In this document: in pieces, positions 35,101-45,500 of the stretch
Numbering within the stretch: the first letter of the stretch is position 1
Layout of the letters: every line of letters starts with the position of its first letter
Assembly (NCBI GenBank): GCA_013239625.1
Contig: MU053472.1
Span: 744,001 to 808,000, forward strand
Source: Lama guanicoe
Taxonomy: Eukaryota
Direction: 5' to 3'
Length of the DNA stretch: 64,000 bases
The notes under the pieces: generated by a model
Databases searched by the model: none
The model's input: only the letters and a program-made list of their open reading frames with translations
What the model was told of the DNA's origin: nothing
Translations under genes and position numbers: made by a program

Positions 35101-36695
35101 CTGGGTGTTGGCAAAGTCCAGTCAGGCCGAGGCTAAACAAACAGCCGCAGAGAGACCAGACGGCTGAAGGCAGGCCATCTCCATGTTCAAGCCCAAAGCC
35201 CAGCAGGCTGGCATAAGCCAGAACAGTGTGGGGACTCTAGGTGCCGGCCGCGCTTCGCGGGAGCCAGGCCTCTGGGGCCCACTGGCAGCCGGCACCATTC
35301 GCTCCTCCCCGGCTCGGCTCCCGCCGGTAGCGGGAGACCTGGCACCGCCGGCCGGCCGAGGCCCAGAAGCTCAGCCTGCGCTTCCTCTCGGCAATAGCAG
35401 CGGAGATTTGCTCCACGGTCCGCCCCAGCCAGAGCTGCGCATCCCGGGAGGCACTGGGGCAGTGCGTCCTGGGCTTCTGAGCAAAGCGACTCGGGTGATT
35501 TTGAATTCTCGCCCCGGCCCCTAGTTTGATCTGTTACCACAAACTCAGAGAAAAGCAGAGACCAAGTCAGCCAAGTAAACTGGGAGACTTCCAACCCTCG
35601 CAGGGGAATTTCGATTGGAATTTGCTCCAGGTCTCTGTTGATGTGTGTATGTGTGCATTTGGTGGCAAGGTAGTGAGTTTAAGAGGATACAATTAAAATG
35701 CTAAACGGTGGAAGGTTGTCGGGAGAAGTCTCCTGGCTCTGACCAGCCGGGTCCGTTTTCTCCCCGAGCAAGTGGTGGGCAGTGCCTAGGAGAGCTCCGA
35801 GCGGAGCCTGCGCCTCAGAGCCGAGGTCGGCGTTGGGCGGAGGCCCAACCTCTAGCCAACCTGGGCAGCTGATGATGGTCTTCGCGGAGGCTGAAGCCTC
35901 CGGCACTTCACAGGTTACCGTGCAGCAGTGTGCGCGGGCCGGTGCTGGAAGGCCTATTCAGGTCTCTGGAAGACCCTGGGGCGTGCAGGCTACGCACCCA
36001 GGCCGAGCTCTTCCCCGCCGCTATCACGGGAGGCGACTCGGACACTCCATGCAAAAGGCTCCGCGGTTCCTGCCAAGACTTCTCGGAGACGGAAAAGGCA
36101 GTGGCATGGAGCTAGCCCAGGCTTCTAAGCTCAGCCTGGAGGACGAGCAAACCCAGGAGGCCCAGAGAATGCAGTTGCTGGCAGGCTCGGCGAGGGGAAA
36201 GACGGGAGCTGGGGCTACATCGCCTGAGGCTGAGATACCTCCTTCCAAGCTTGGAGGGGCTTCCGGCTCAGAGGCAGGCTCGGACTCTTTTCTCCCAAGC
36301 ACGTGCAGACAAGCTTGGACACACCATTTCCAGGACGCAAGCAGGCCGCGTCCCGGGCGCCCAGCGCGCCAGCTGGCGAAGAGGCGGGCGCCCCCGGGAC
36401 TTGGCTGCCCTCTCCAAAGGCAGCTCGTAACGCGGCCGCCGTGGCCACGCTGACCTCTGATCCGAAGCTGGCCGGGAAAGGCCCGCGGGGAAGGACCAGC
36501 AGAGACGCGCGAGGTAAGTACTCACCGGAAGAAGTCATTCTTGCAGTAGAGCTTGCCTTCCCGGGAGAAGCACTTCTCGGTCAGGTTGCATTTACATTCA
36601 CAGCACTGGACGCACTTGACGTGCCAGGCCCTGTCCAGCACGTTCAAGAGGAAGCGGTCCAGGATGGGCCTTTTGCAGCCGGCACAGTGCACCAT
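31756..36695 (-). CDS. LHX1: LIM homeobox 1, complete spliced CDS: join(36526-36695, 34416-34642, 34042-34319, 32502-32667, 31756-32135), 406 aa
   Basis: Translation [28 protein letters not shown]... gives LIM1, LIM2, a homeodomain ([16 protein letters not shown]...[12 protein letters not shown]) and C-terminus [11 protein letters not shown]. Exon lengths 170+227+278+166+380=1221 nt, all introns GT-AG with matching phases. Confidence 0.99.
32502..32667 (-). CDS. LHX1: LHX1 coding exon 4 (homeodomain recognition helix)
   Basis: Acceptor ttcag|[26 protein letters not shown]...PFSFYG; donor G|GTGGG. Confidence 0.98.
34042..34319 (-). CDS. LHX1: LHX1 coding exon 3 (linker and homeodomain helices 1-2)
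   Basis: Acceptor cccag|[16 protein letters not shown]...[17 protein letters not shown]...NMRVIQ; donor CAG|GTCAG. Confidence 0.98.
34416..34642 (-). CDS. LHX1: LHX1 coding exon 2 (LIM domain 2)
   Basis: Acceptor ctgcag|[35 protein letters not shown]...ENSLHS; donor G|GTGAG. Confidence 0.98.
36526..36695 (-). CDS. LHX1: LHX1 coding exon 1 (LIM domain 1)
   Basis: ATG at 36695 in ACCATGG Kozak context; MVHCAGC...CKNDFFR; donor CG|GTGAGT at 36525. Confidence 0.98.
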
Positions 36696-38040
36696 GGTCT
36701 TTGGTTTGATCGGGTGAGGCCCGGAGAGACAAGAACAGGTAGAGCCGAGGGGGTGACTCTCCAAGACGACCGGCAGAACTCCCCAGCCCCTCCAAACAGG
36801 GGAGACCTGGCGGTGCAAACCGAAACCCGCACGGGAAAAATCAAAGAGAGAGAGGAGGCTGATGCGCGGCAGGCGGCTGGGTGGAGTGTGCAGCCCGGTA
36901 GTCCCAGGGCCCTGGGTCACAGCAGCGCCGCCGCAGCTCCTGGGGCGAGGAAGAGCCTCAGGCGGGCGAGAAAGCGACTCTTCTGCCCGGAGTCCGCAGA
37001 GGCGTGAAGTCGCCGAGAACAGCTACGGGAACGGAAATAAATAAATAAAACGGAGATGGAGAAGGAAGAGGACGACGGTGAGCTCGGGTTGCAGGGAAAG
37101 CGCCGCTGAGTTTTCTCGGGCTTGAGGTAGAGCTGTCAGAAGTCAAAGTGCATCTGCTTTTGTCGGGGTAAGAGGGCGGGTGTGTGTGTGCCGGGCTGCC
37201 CGCCACCGGAATTTCCCCTCCTCTTTTTATAAAAGAAAAGAACAAAACGAGTAGAGAACCTTTGGATCCTAAACTGCCGGCATCGCGCAGCGAATCGGGA
37301 CGCGCTGGGCGCCCGCGGTGGGCCTGGGGGAGGGGTCGGGGGCATGTTGATTGTTGTTGTTGCTTAGGTTTTGGAGAAATGTTTGTGTCAACGGAGAACG
37401 GAGAGGGACAACTCCGGGCGGACGCAGCCAGGTGCGCTCGCTCACTCCCTACCGCCTCAGCCCCGTCACCTCGGCCCGTGGCCTGCTTGGCGGCCTCCGT
37501 CTTCTCGAGATCGCCCTCCCTGCACCTGGACTCCTTCGGGGAAGAGGGATCGTCTGGCTCCTCACCGCGCCTGACCGTGCATCGTGGCTCCAGTCGCAAC
37601 TCTCGGCCGTCTGCTCTCGCAGTCCCACATCGCTCGGCCCAAGCTCCGGCTGCCTGCGTCCAACCCCACAGTCTCTCGACTTTCTTTTCTTTTCCTTTCC
37701 CCCTCTTTTTTCGTTGTGGTGGCAAATCTGGGTTTCCTTTCTAGCCTCTTTCCTTCCTTCCTTCCTTTTTTTTCCCTCCTTTTGCAGCGGGAGTAGTCTG
37801 GGGGAGGGGGAGTAGCTTGAAGAGCTTTTTTAGAAACGTCCTGATGCGGCGGCTACAGTTCTGTGCGGCTGGAACAGCGCGGCACGGGCCGCTGCTGTCG
37901 CTGCCCGGGCCGCGGTTCGTTGCTGGCTGTCCCCGGACAAGCGTCCCTCTGTCCCTGGTCTCCTGGCCCAGTCCGCCGCCCCGGCGCGTCTCTCCCCAGC
38001 TCCGGCGGCTCGGTCACTGCTCCTGGCTGTTGGCTGTGCT
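36696..38040 (-). other. LHX1: LHX1 long 5'UTR (exon 1, approximate TSS ~38.0 kb)
   Basis: GC-rich region between the ATG and a core-promoter motif set; length resembles the long human leader (from memory). TSS is inferred. Confidence 0.55.
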
Positions 38041-38130
38041 CTGGAAGCCCCCTCGCCTTAATGCAGCGCCCGCCGACGTCACAGCGGCCTGCGACCAATC
38101 AGCGGCTCGTGGTCCCTCTGTAAACCATTC
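38040..38130. promoter_or_regulatory. LHX1 core promoter, probably bidirectional
   Basis: CRE-like TGACGTC at 38075-38081 (minus), CCAAT at 38095-38099 and a TA-rich CATTAAGG at 38056-38063 (minus), all inside a CpG island. Confidence 0.6.
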
Positions 38131-38252
38131 TGCATCCCCCGGCTGGGGAGAGTGCCGGGAGACCGCGTTTAGAGGATCAGTGGCGGCGGCAACCGTGGCC
38201 CGGCGCGGTGCGGGCGGCTGGCAGCGAGGTGCCCGGGTTCCCTCCTGCTCCG
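38130..38252 (+). ncRNA. Candidate first exon of the LHX1 divergent lncRNA (LHX1-DT/Lhx1os-like)
   Basis: Lies on the opposite side of the LHX1 promoter, with donor CCG|GTAAGG at 38253. Divergent lncRNAs are known here in human and mouse; boundaries are inferred. Confidence 0.3.
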
Positions 38253-41200
38253 GTAAGGCGTCGGTTTCGGTGGAAGAGACTGAGAGAGTATAGGAGTAGG
38301 CGCGGGCAGAAGACAGAGTTCTACTGGAGGGTGGGAGTAACCTAAGATCGAGCCTTGTTGAAGGCTAGGGTGCAGCCAGGTCCCCGAGCCTCGGCGCCCC
38401 TGGTGCACTCTTCGGCTTTGAAATTCAGCGGGCGCGGGCTCCCCGCCCCCCCCCCCCTTGCTTACTTGCTTGCTTGCTGTCTTGGCCTAGAAGTTTGCCC
38501 CAGGCACTGCGCGTGTCCTTCGTGGAACGGTGAAGGGGGGGGGGAGCGCTTGGCAGCAGATTCTCCCTCCTTGTGCCTCCTTCTGTGCCCCCTCCCCCAA
38601 TCCATCCAAAGTCCACTGGGTCCGGGGCTCTGAGAGATCTGGGTGTCTGTTTCCCGCAGCGCGGTCTTGAAAAGTTGATTCCGGCGGTTTCCTGGTGGGG
38701 GCGGGGGAGACCGGAGGCGCGGCGACGGGGAGGGGGTAAGGAGTGGGTGGGAAAGAGCCTCGGGTGAGGAGTTGCAACCCCAGCGAGAAGTTGTGAGAAA
38801 ACTGTGATCCGGAGACACCTTTTACAACAAAACAGACGAGTAGGCGGGAAGCTGCGGGGCAATAGTGTTGGTAGGGGGAGGGGTGTTGGGGGGATAGTTG
38901 GATAGTGGAGGTGGGAAGGGGGGACGTCCCGGGGGCTCCACCGGGAGGTTGCAGAGGATTGTGGCGTGTAGGGCACCGACAGAGTGGGCCGGGCCTCCTG
39001 GCCTCCCATATACTAGGCTCGGCTGGCACCACCTTCCCCAGACAACCGCAGTGCATAACCTCAGGTAGCTCACTTCTCCGGGAGCCCACATCTCCCTAAT
39101 TCTCCTCGAGTGTAAACTAGGGATCACTGCCCACGGGAGATGGGGGTGGGGGCAGATTATCCTAGACCTGGAGGTCGGGTCTGGGTCCTGAGAATCTTAG
39201 CCTCTAAGAATCACTCTAGCTAGTTCCACGGCCCACGCCAGTCAAACACCAGGTTGTTTCGACAGCACCATTTCTATGCTTAACCGAGATTTCTCTCCAA
39301 GTGAAACCTGATGTTGGCAGGGCTGGGCAATTCCGCTTCTGCTCTTTGCTCTTGTTTTTTGGGGGAGGGGGTTGTTAGGAAGGAGCATTCAGCCTTAGTG
39401 TGGAAAGAAATAAGATTGGACAGCCAGCCAAGTCTAGCCAGTATTTTGGGAACGGCCTTTTGACCCCACTGGCAGTGCTGGGCTCAGACATCCCACACAG
39501 GGCCGGAGCTAAGTTTGGGGAAATGAGCCCTGAAATGCAATTGTACTGTACCTGGGCGGGCAAGGAATCCAGTTCTTTGCAAATGAAATACCCTCTTCGA
39601 ACGAACCGGGAAGCCGCTCCAGCGAATTTGGTTTGCGCACTGTGGGACTGGGATTTTAGGGCTCTGCCAACGCTACTTTCCTTCCTCCAAGGCTCCGCCC
39701 GCACTGTCCTGCAATCGCAAGGCCCGTCAGCAGCCCCTTGCCTTGCCGCCCGGGTCACATTTTCATTGGAAGCCGAAGCCTAGGCCGGCAGTGCGCCTCT
39801 TTGGCGCTCCGCCCATCTTGACCTCTGGGTGCGGGAGCCACTCACGCCTTCTCCGCACCCCCTCTACGCACACCTGGGCTTGGGCTCCCTGCTGCTGGGA
39901 GGGCTGTGCTGGGATCGGTTATCTCTCTCGAATAAACCCCCTCCTCGGATCTCTCCCAGGCCGGGACTCAGGGTAGAGTTGGGGGTGGGGGAGGGCGGTT
40001 CTCCAACCCAGCAGGCTGGCTTCGCGGGATCCGACTTGCCTTTGTGCTCCTCCAGCTCCTTCCAGGAACCAGTCGACCCGTACCCGGTACTCCAGGACCC
40101 AGGGAAGCGCTAAGAGCTGCGTGGCGCGGGGTCCTCGCCTTCTCCACCCTGACCCTGAGGTGCCTCCCAGCCCGCTGTGCTGGGTGAGGCCCGAGGGAGG
40201 GGTAGTCCTGTGAGCAGTCCCCATGCTCTCCCCACCCCCCTACACCCCCAGCTGTCTTGGTTCTCGCCGCTAGCGCCCTCAACCCAACCGCCCCTTTCTG
40301 GAATCTATAGCGGACCCTGTCCCGAGTGGCTCGCTCCCGCCCCCGCCCCAGCTGGGCTCCTTCTCATGCAAAGCAGAGGGGCCCCGGGGGTGGGGGGCGG
40401 CCGGCATGGACCTACGGGGCGACAGCTGGACCCGGCTGCCGACCCTTTCTGAACCCAAGGCCGCCGCCTCCTTTCGGGTGGGCTGAAGGAGGTTGCTGCA
40501 CTGGCTTGGGGGTGCAGGGACCTCAACTTTGGGAAAAGAGGGCCCCGCTCTGCAGGCGAATCAGCTTGGTAGGGGCGTTGAGGGCGAGGGCAAGATGCAG
40601 GTTCTGGGGCAACGGGCTCTGCTTGTCCCCGTATCCAGATGGCTCTGTATACAGGTCTGCAGGAACCAACCCCGGAGGCTACCAGGGGGTCGGGGAGAGC
40701 AAATCGAGGCGTGCCTCCTGGCTCCTGATGCTAGAAATTTAAGCCCAGATTTAACTCCTCCAAGGCTACAACACACTAGATTTATTTTTTTCCCCATTTC
40801 CATTGAGCTTTTATTTTAAAATGTAATCGGTCACAGAGACATGGAGAAAAAACTGACCCAGCTTTCCAAATTCACCGTCTCCGAAGCCTCTCCACTCAGC
40901 TCTGCTTTTAAACCCGTGTCTGCGTGGTGAAGAGCACCGGCCTTGCCTCCTCACCTTCACCGTCACACTTAGACTGCCTGCGTCCTGAAGTACACAAGCG
41001 CTTTCTACTCAAAGCTCTTCCAGTCTCCCAGATCCACAACCACGCACGCCGCACCGCCTCAGGTGGTGTAAATTCTGGGCCAGGTGCCGTCAGGGTCAAT
41101 TTTGCCGCCAAGTCATGGCTCACTGGCCGCAGACGTCTCTGAAGCTCATCCCAGGCACTCTTGGAAAAGGCCCTAGAGGGCCAAAGGAAGCGGCTTTCAC

Positions 41201-42505
41201 AACACAGGTTTCTCTTTTGATATTCAACTTGAGGAACAGCCTGAGAAGAGGGACCTGGCCTGGGAATGCAGGATGGCGGGGGTTGTACCAGCTCTTCCCA
41301 GCTGCCCTGCAGCTGGGGCGCTGAAGGCACCCTCTCCCACACCGTCTTTCTTCCCACCACCTTCTTGATTCCAAGCCCCACCTCACTGGGCTCCCCAACG
41401 TTCCAGAGTGGCTTGTGAGGCCCAAGGACCCAGCTTGCCAGCACAGTCGGCTGCTGTTGATCCCGACCATGGCCACTGCCTCTGGATGCTCCCCTCCTCG
41501 CCCACGGCGCTCCTGCCCAGCCCACGGTCCCCAGAAACGGGCGGTGAGGCCATCAAAGGGGGCGCCTGGAACGGAGCAGGGTCCAGGTGGATACCTGCGC
41601 CCGCCCCGCAGAAGTGAGGCGCAGCCAGACACCGCCGTCCAGGAAGAGGCGGAGGGAAGCGAGTCGGACCCGTCCGGGTCCTTGCCAGTCCCAGTGGCAA
41701 CGCAGACTAGAAAACTCCGCACAGACTCGGTGAGGACGCTACACGTGCGGCGCAGGAAACTGGCTTGCCTCCCTCAGAACTGATCGGATCTCTCCCGCTC
41801 ACTCCTTGCCCTCTCTCATTTGCTCCTGCTGCGGGGTGCCTTATTTTCCCTCCCTCACTCTTCCCTGCAAATGACCTACTTGTGTGAACCACTTTAGAGT
41901 TTTTGTCAGTATCTGTCCTGAAGCACAGAGTAAGGGGGGTTGGTATTGATCTCCTTTTTCCCAGGGCAGAAACCAAAGTTAGGGGGTTTGCCCGAGATTC
42001 CTCAGTCAGTGCGCTACTGCAGGCGAGAAGTTTGGGGGGGCTTGTCACCCTGCTCCTTTGTGTATTTTGTCCCAGCCACTTTTTTCCAAGGCCTGGGTCA
42101 GGGGAGGCGGGGACCTCGAGTCCGGGAAAGGGCAGCATCCGGCCAGGCCTTCACGGTGTGCGCTTGGGCTGCGTAAACAACGCCGGCTTCCCACGAAGGC
42201 TGGAGGCACCCTGGGCACGGAGGCGCGGAGGGAGGTCGAGCGTGGTGATCCCAGATGTAAGTCAGCACCGCGCCGCGCAGCAAAGACAGGACGTGGGTAG
42301 TCTAGGAAGGGAGAAGTTCAGCCGGAGAAGGCAGGACACAGAGAAGAGAGACAGAAGGGAGGGGAGAGGACTGGGATCAGCGAATGAGGGCAGAAACCCC
42401 CCAAAAGAAGAGAAGGAGTGCCTGAAAGTAAGCGGGGAAGAGGAGGAAAGACATACTGGGGGAAACACGTGGAGTAGTGGAGGAAAAGAGAATCAGAAAG
42501 ACACC

Positions 42506-42529
42506 CAGCAGCAGCAGCAGCAGCAACAA
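42506..42529 (+). repeat. (CAG)6(CAA)2 trinucleotide repeat
   Basis: Direct reading. Confidence 0.9.
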
Positions 42530-45500
42530 AAAAGCGGCGGGGACAGGCGTGGCTGCCAGGACCCTGCAGGTGCCCAGAGCGCGGCTGGCGGGACTGGAGT
42601 GTGTGCGGTGTGTGACAGCCCCGATCCCGATGGCAGGCGGGAGAAAAGGAGGCGGCGTGTTTGGTGCGAGACTCAGCGCCCGTGGAAAAGCGAGTGAGCG
42701 GCTCTGGGCAGGAATCCAACAAATAAATAAAACGTCTAAGACGGCGTGACAACAATGTGTATTTGGGTGCGTGCCCGTGTTCCTCTGTCTGAACACACTC
42801 ACACCCGGTAAGGAAGACAAACGGGGCTCGTGCCTCCCAGTAATTAATCCTCTCACTAATTGACTCTCTCCCCTTACCTAATGGCGGTGGTCACTGCTGA
42901 TATCTGGAGAGAGATCTGGTGGAGAAAGAGAGTGAGAGGGTAGGGGAGACCCCAAAGCGAACCACCTTTGGGGCTGGAATTGAGTTCTCCTTGGACTTGG
43001 CAGCTTTAAGCCGCTCACCCCTTTGAGGGTGGGGCCCAGAGTTCAACAGATGTTGCGACCTCACCAGACCCTCCATGTTTGTATTAATAAAGATCGCCTC
43101 AGATTAGGGGTGACCAGGAGCTCCCCCCACCACAGGCCCTTCATCAGTCTCAGAAGCTGAAAGCCCTCACTGCTCCTCTACTGGACATGGCTGAACTCCA
43201 GGCAACACCAAAGCTCCCCCTCCCCTGCTGTCCCCCCAGGAACTCAGATCCTGCACCCCCTTCTTTTAACCACTGCTTACTCTTCCCCAGACCTGGCATG
43301 TGTCCTGCAGCCCCTCACAGGGCAGATCAGGTTTTGAATGAGTTAGGAAGCAGCAGAAGGTATGAGGTCAGGGCAAGGATGGGAAGACGCTTCTGGAGAT
43401 AAACCACTCAGACACTTAGAGGGACACAGAAGCTCAGAGGGGAGCCACGGGTACCTGGCAGGAGTGAGTCCTCTGGGGGGACGCTGTGGGAGAGAGTGTC
43501 AAGGGTGCAGGAGGGCAGGCAGGTGGCCACGTCGGTGACTGTGAGGTGTACAGTTCCGTCTTTCTCTCTGTGTGAACGTGGTGGGGTGTGCCCTTTTCTT
43601 TCCCCCTATAGCACCCTCAGTTCTCAGGACTGGGGAAGGAGGCAGAGAAGAGAGGGTTGCACTGGGATCAAACCACTGTTAGCTGACTTGGCAGAAAGGG
43701 GCCCAAGGCCCACAGTCTGTCAGATGATGCAGCTTTGAGGCTTGGGGTTTGGGAGGTGAATTTCAACCCTCACCCCTTCGAGGTGGCAGCTTTGCTCTGC
43801 TGGCCCCTCAGAGGCTAAATAAATAAATTGCTGAGATCCATAAACCACCCAGTCTAGGGAGAGGAAGCGGGGAGGGGAGGACAACTCAGAAAAAAAAAAT
43901 CCACACCCTCCACCCCCCCCCCACTAAACACATTTTTAATTGTCCCTTGGGAACATTTGTACATTTGACCAAAGCAAATCCCCAAGCAGTAACAGCAAAA
44001 TTCATCACAGGGGCTGGCAGTCCGGAGAGAGTTGGGGGTCTGGAGAAGCGAGAAGGGGGAGAGATGACGGGCGTGCTGGAGAAGGTGAGAAACTTGGCTT
44101 TTCTTTCCCTGTCTCCGTCATGCTTTAGAAAGAGAGTGAGCAAGAGGAATAAAGTTCCAGAGGAAAGAAAGAGAAGGGCATATAAAAGGCAAATCCAAAC
44201 CAGAAAGAAAAGAAAGTGAGGAAGACAGAAAAAGATGGGGTGGGGGGAAGAGACGCTAATAAAACAGGGTGAAGGCGGCCCCAGGAGGCTGGGCCTCGTC
44301 CCAAACCATCCGTCTTCATTGTCTCCGTGTGTGCAAAGGCAACTCCGGCATAAGGAAAAGCCACTATTGGAGCCGCGGCTTTATTTTATATCCTATACAT
44401 CAGGAGGGAGGCAAAGCTTTATTTTCGCCAAGAGACAGATATTTTATTTCTCTCTTACGGTTTTATGTGTGAGAGATGTCAGGTTGCCACAATGGATGGC
44501 TAATGCATAGGCAAGAGGAAGCCGTGTTGGCATGCTGTGTGTCATGGGGTCTTGGGGGGGCGAGCGGGCCTGGGATTTAGGGCTGATGGGACACTCTGGG
44601 GGATTTCGGCTAAAACATCTCTCTTCATAAATCCAGAAGCATGGTCAGCTCAACAGGGAGAAGAAGGAGTTTTAGAGGGAAAAGAGTTGGGCTTAGTAAT
44701 AAACGAACACACAAAGGAACCGCTTACCTTCCAGGAGGCTCAGGCAACAGGGCAAGGCGGCCCTGTGGAAATGCCAAGACCCACGTCGAAATACACATGG
44801 ACCAAAATACACACGGGCCGTTCACAGGAAAGTATTTTCCTACAGAATCCAATGTTCATTTGCTCCCTTTTTCCATTTTATTATTTTCGCCCTTTTTCTC
44901 CTTTCATCAGAAATCTTTTTTTCACCTCCTCAGAGTCGGTTGAGGGGGGAGTGCTATTAATTTGCAAATCATCCGATCTGTGAAAGGATCAAGATGCCTG
45001 TTTTTTCACTGCTAAATCCAATGTCTTGAGTGGACACACGTATGCACACACAATCCCAGGAAGCTGTGAATCCTGGGAGTGTAGGTGCCAGATTTGAATC
45101 CAAGAAAACCAACCCCCATCCTCTCCCCTGGGACCTGTGGCCAATTTAAGCCTTAGATCCCAAACTGCATAATGTTCATATTTTAAACCTGGAGAGAAGG
45201 AGGAGATGAGGGGACAAAGAGACAGAGGGAAGTGTGTTCATTAACATATTCCGTTCAGAACTTAAGACTAGTCTGCCTCACTCCCAAATCCCCCAAACCA
45301 CCTCTTACAAGAGTCGCTTTCATTCATTCTTATGTCCTACTCTTTTACTTTTTGGATTTCTTGTGGACCAAAAAGGTGCTTGTGTCCTTTCCCTCTCTGC
45401 AGAGGGTGGGAGGTGGTACAGGGTCTCTGGACAGTGAACGTGGGGAACCCACCACACTGTCTTTAGCTGTGGCCTTTGGAGAAGACATTTCATCTTTCAG

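Larger units (their letters stand above)
31300..42800. promoter_or_regulatory. Extended CpG-island cluster covering the LHX1 body and upstream region
   Basis: Dense CpG at about 31.3-32.8, 33.6-34.7, 35.1-38.8 and 39.5-42.8 kb, with no interspersed repeats recognised. Typical of Polycomb-regulated developmental transcription factor loci. Confidence 0.85.

Noticed and set aside
36303..37007. 234 aa + strand ORF overlapping LHX1 exon 1
   Set aside because: Antisense shadow of GC-rich coding and CpG-island sequence; non-ATG start and no recognisable domain.
36958..37725. 255 aa minus-strand ORF in the LHX1 leader
   Set aside because: Non-ATG start and no recognisable domain; a GC-driven open frame.
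42261..42281. Possible REST/RE1 site (TCAGCACC)
   Set aside because: Only the left half matches; no GGACAG right half at canonical spacing.
41903..42697. 264 aa + strand ORF with a polyQ run
   Set aside because: Starts at TTG; the polyQ is just the (CAG)n microsatellite; no domain recognised.
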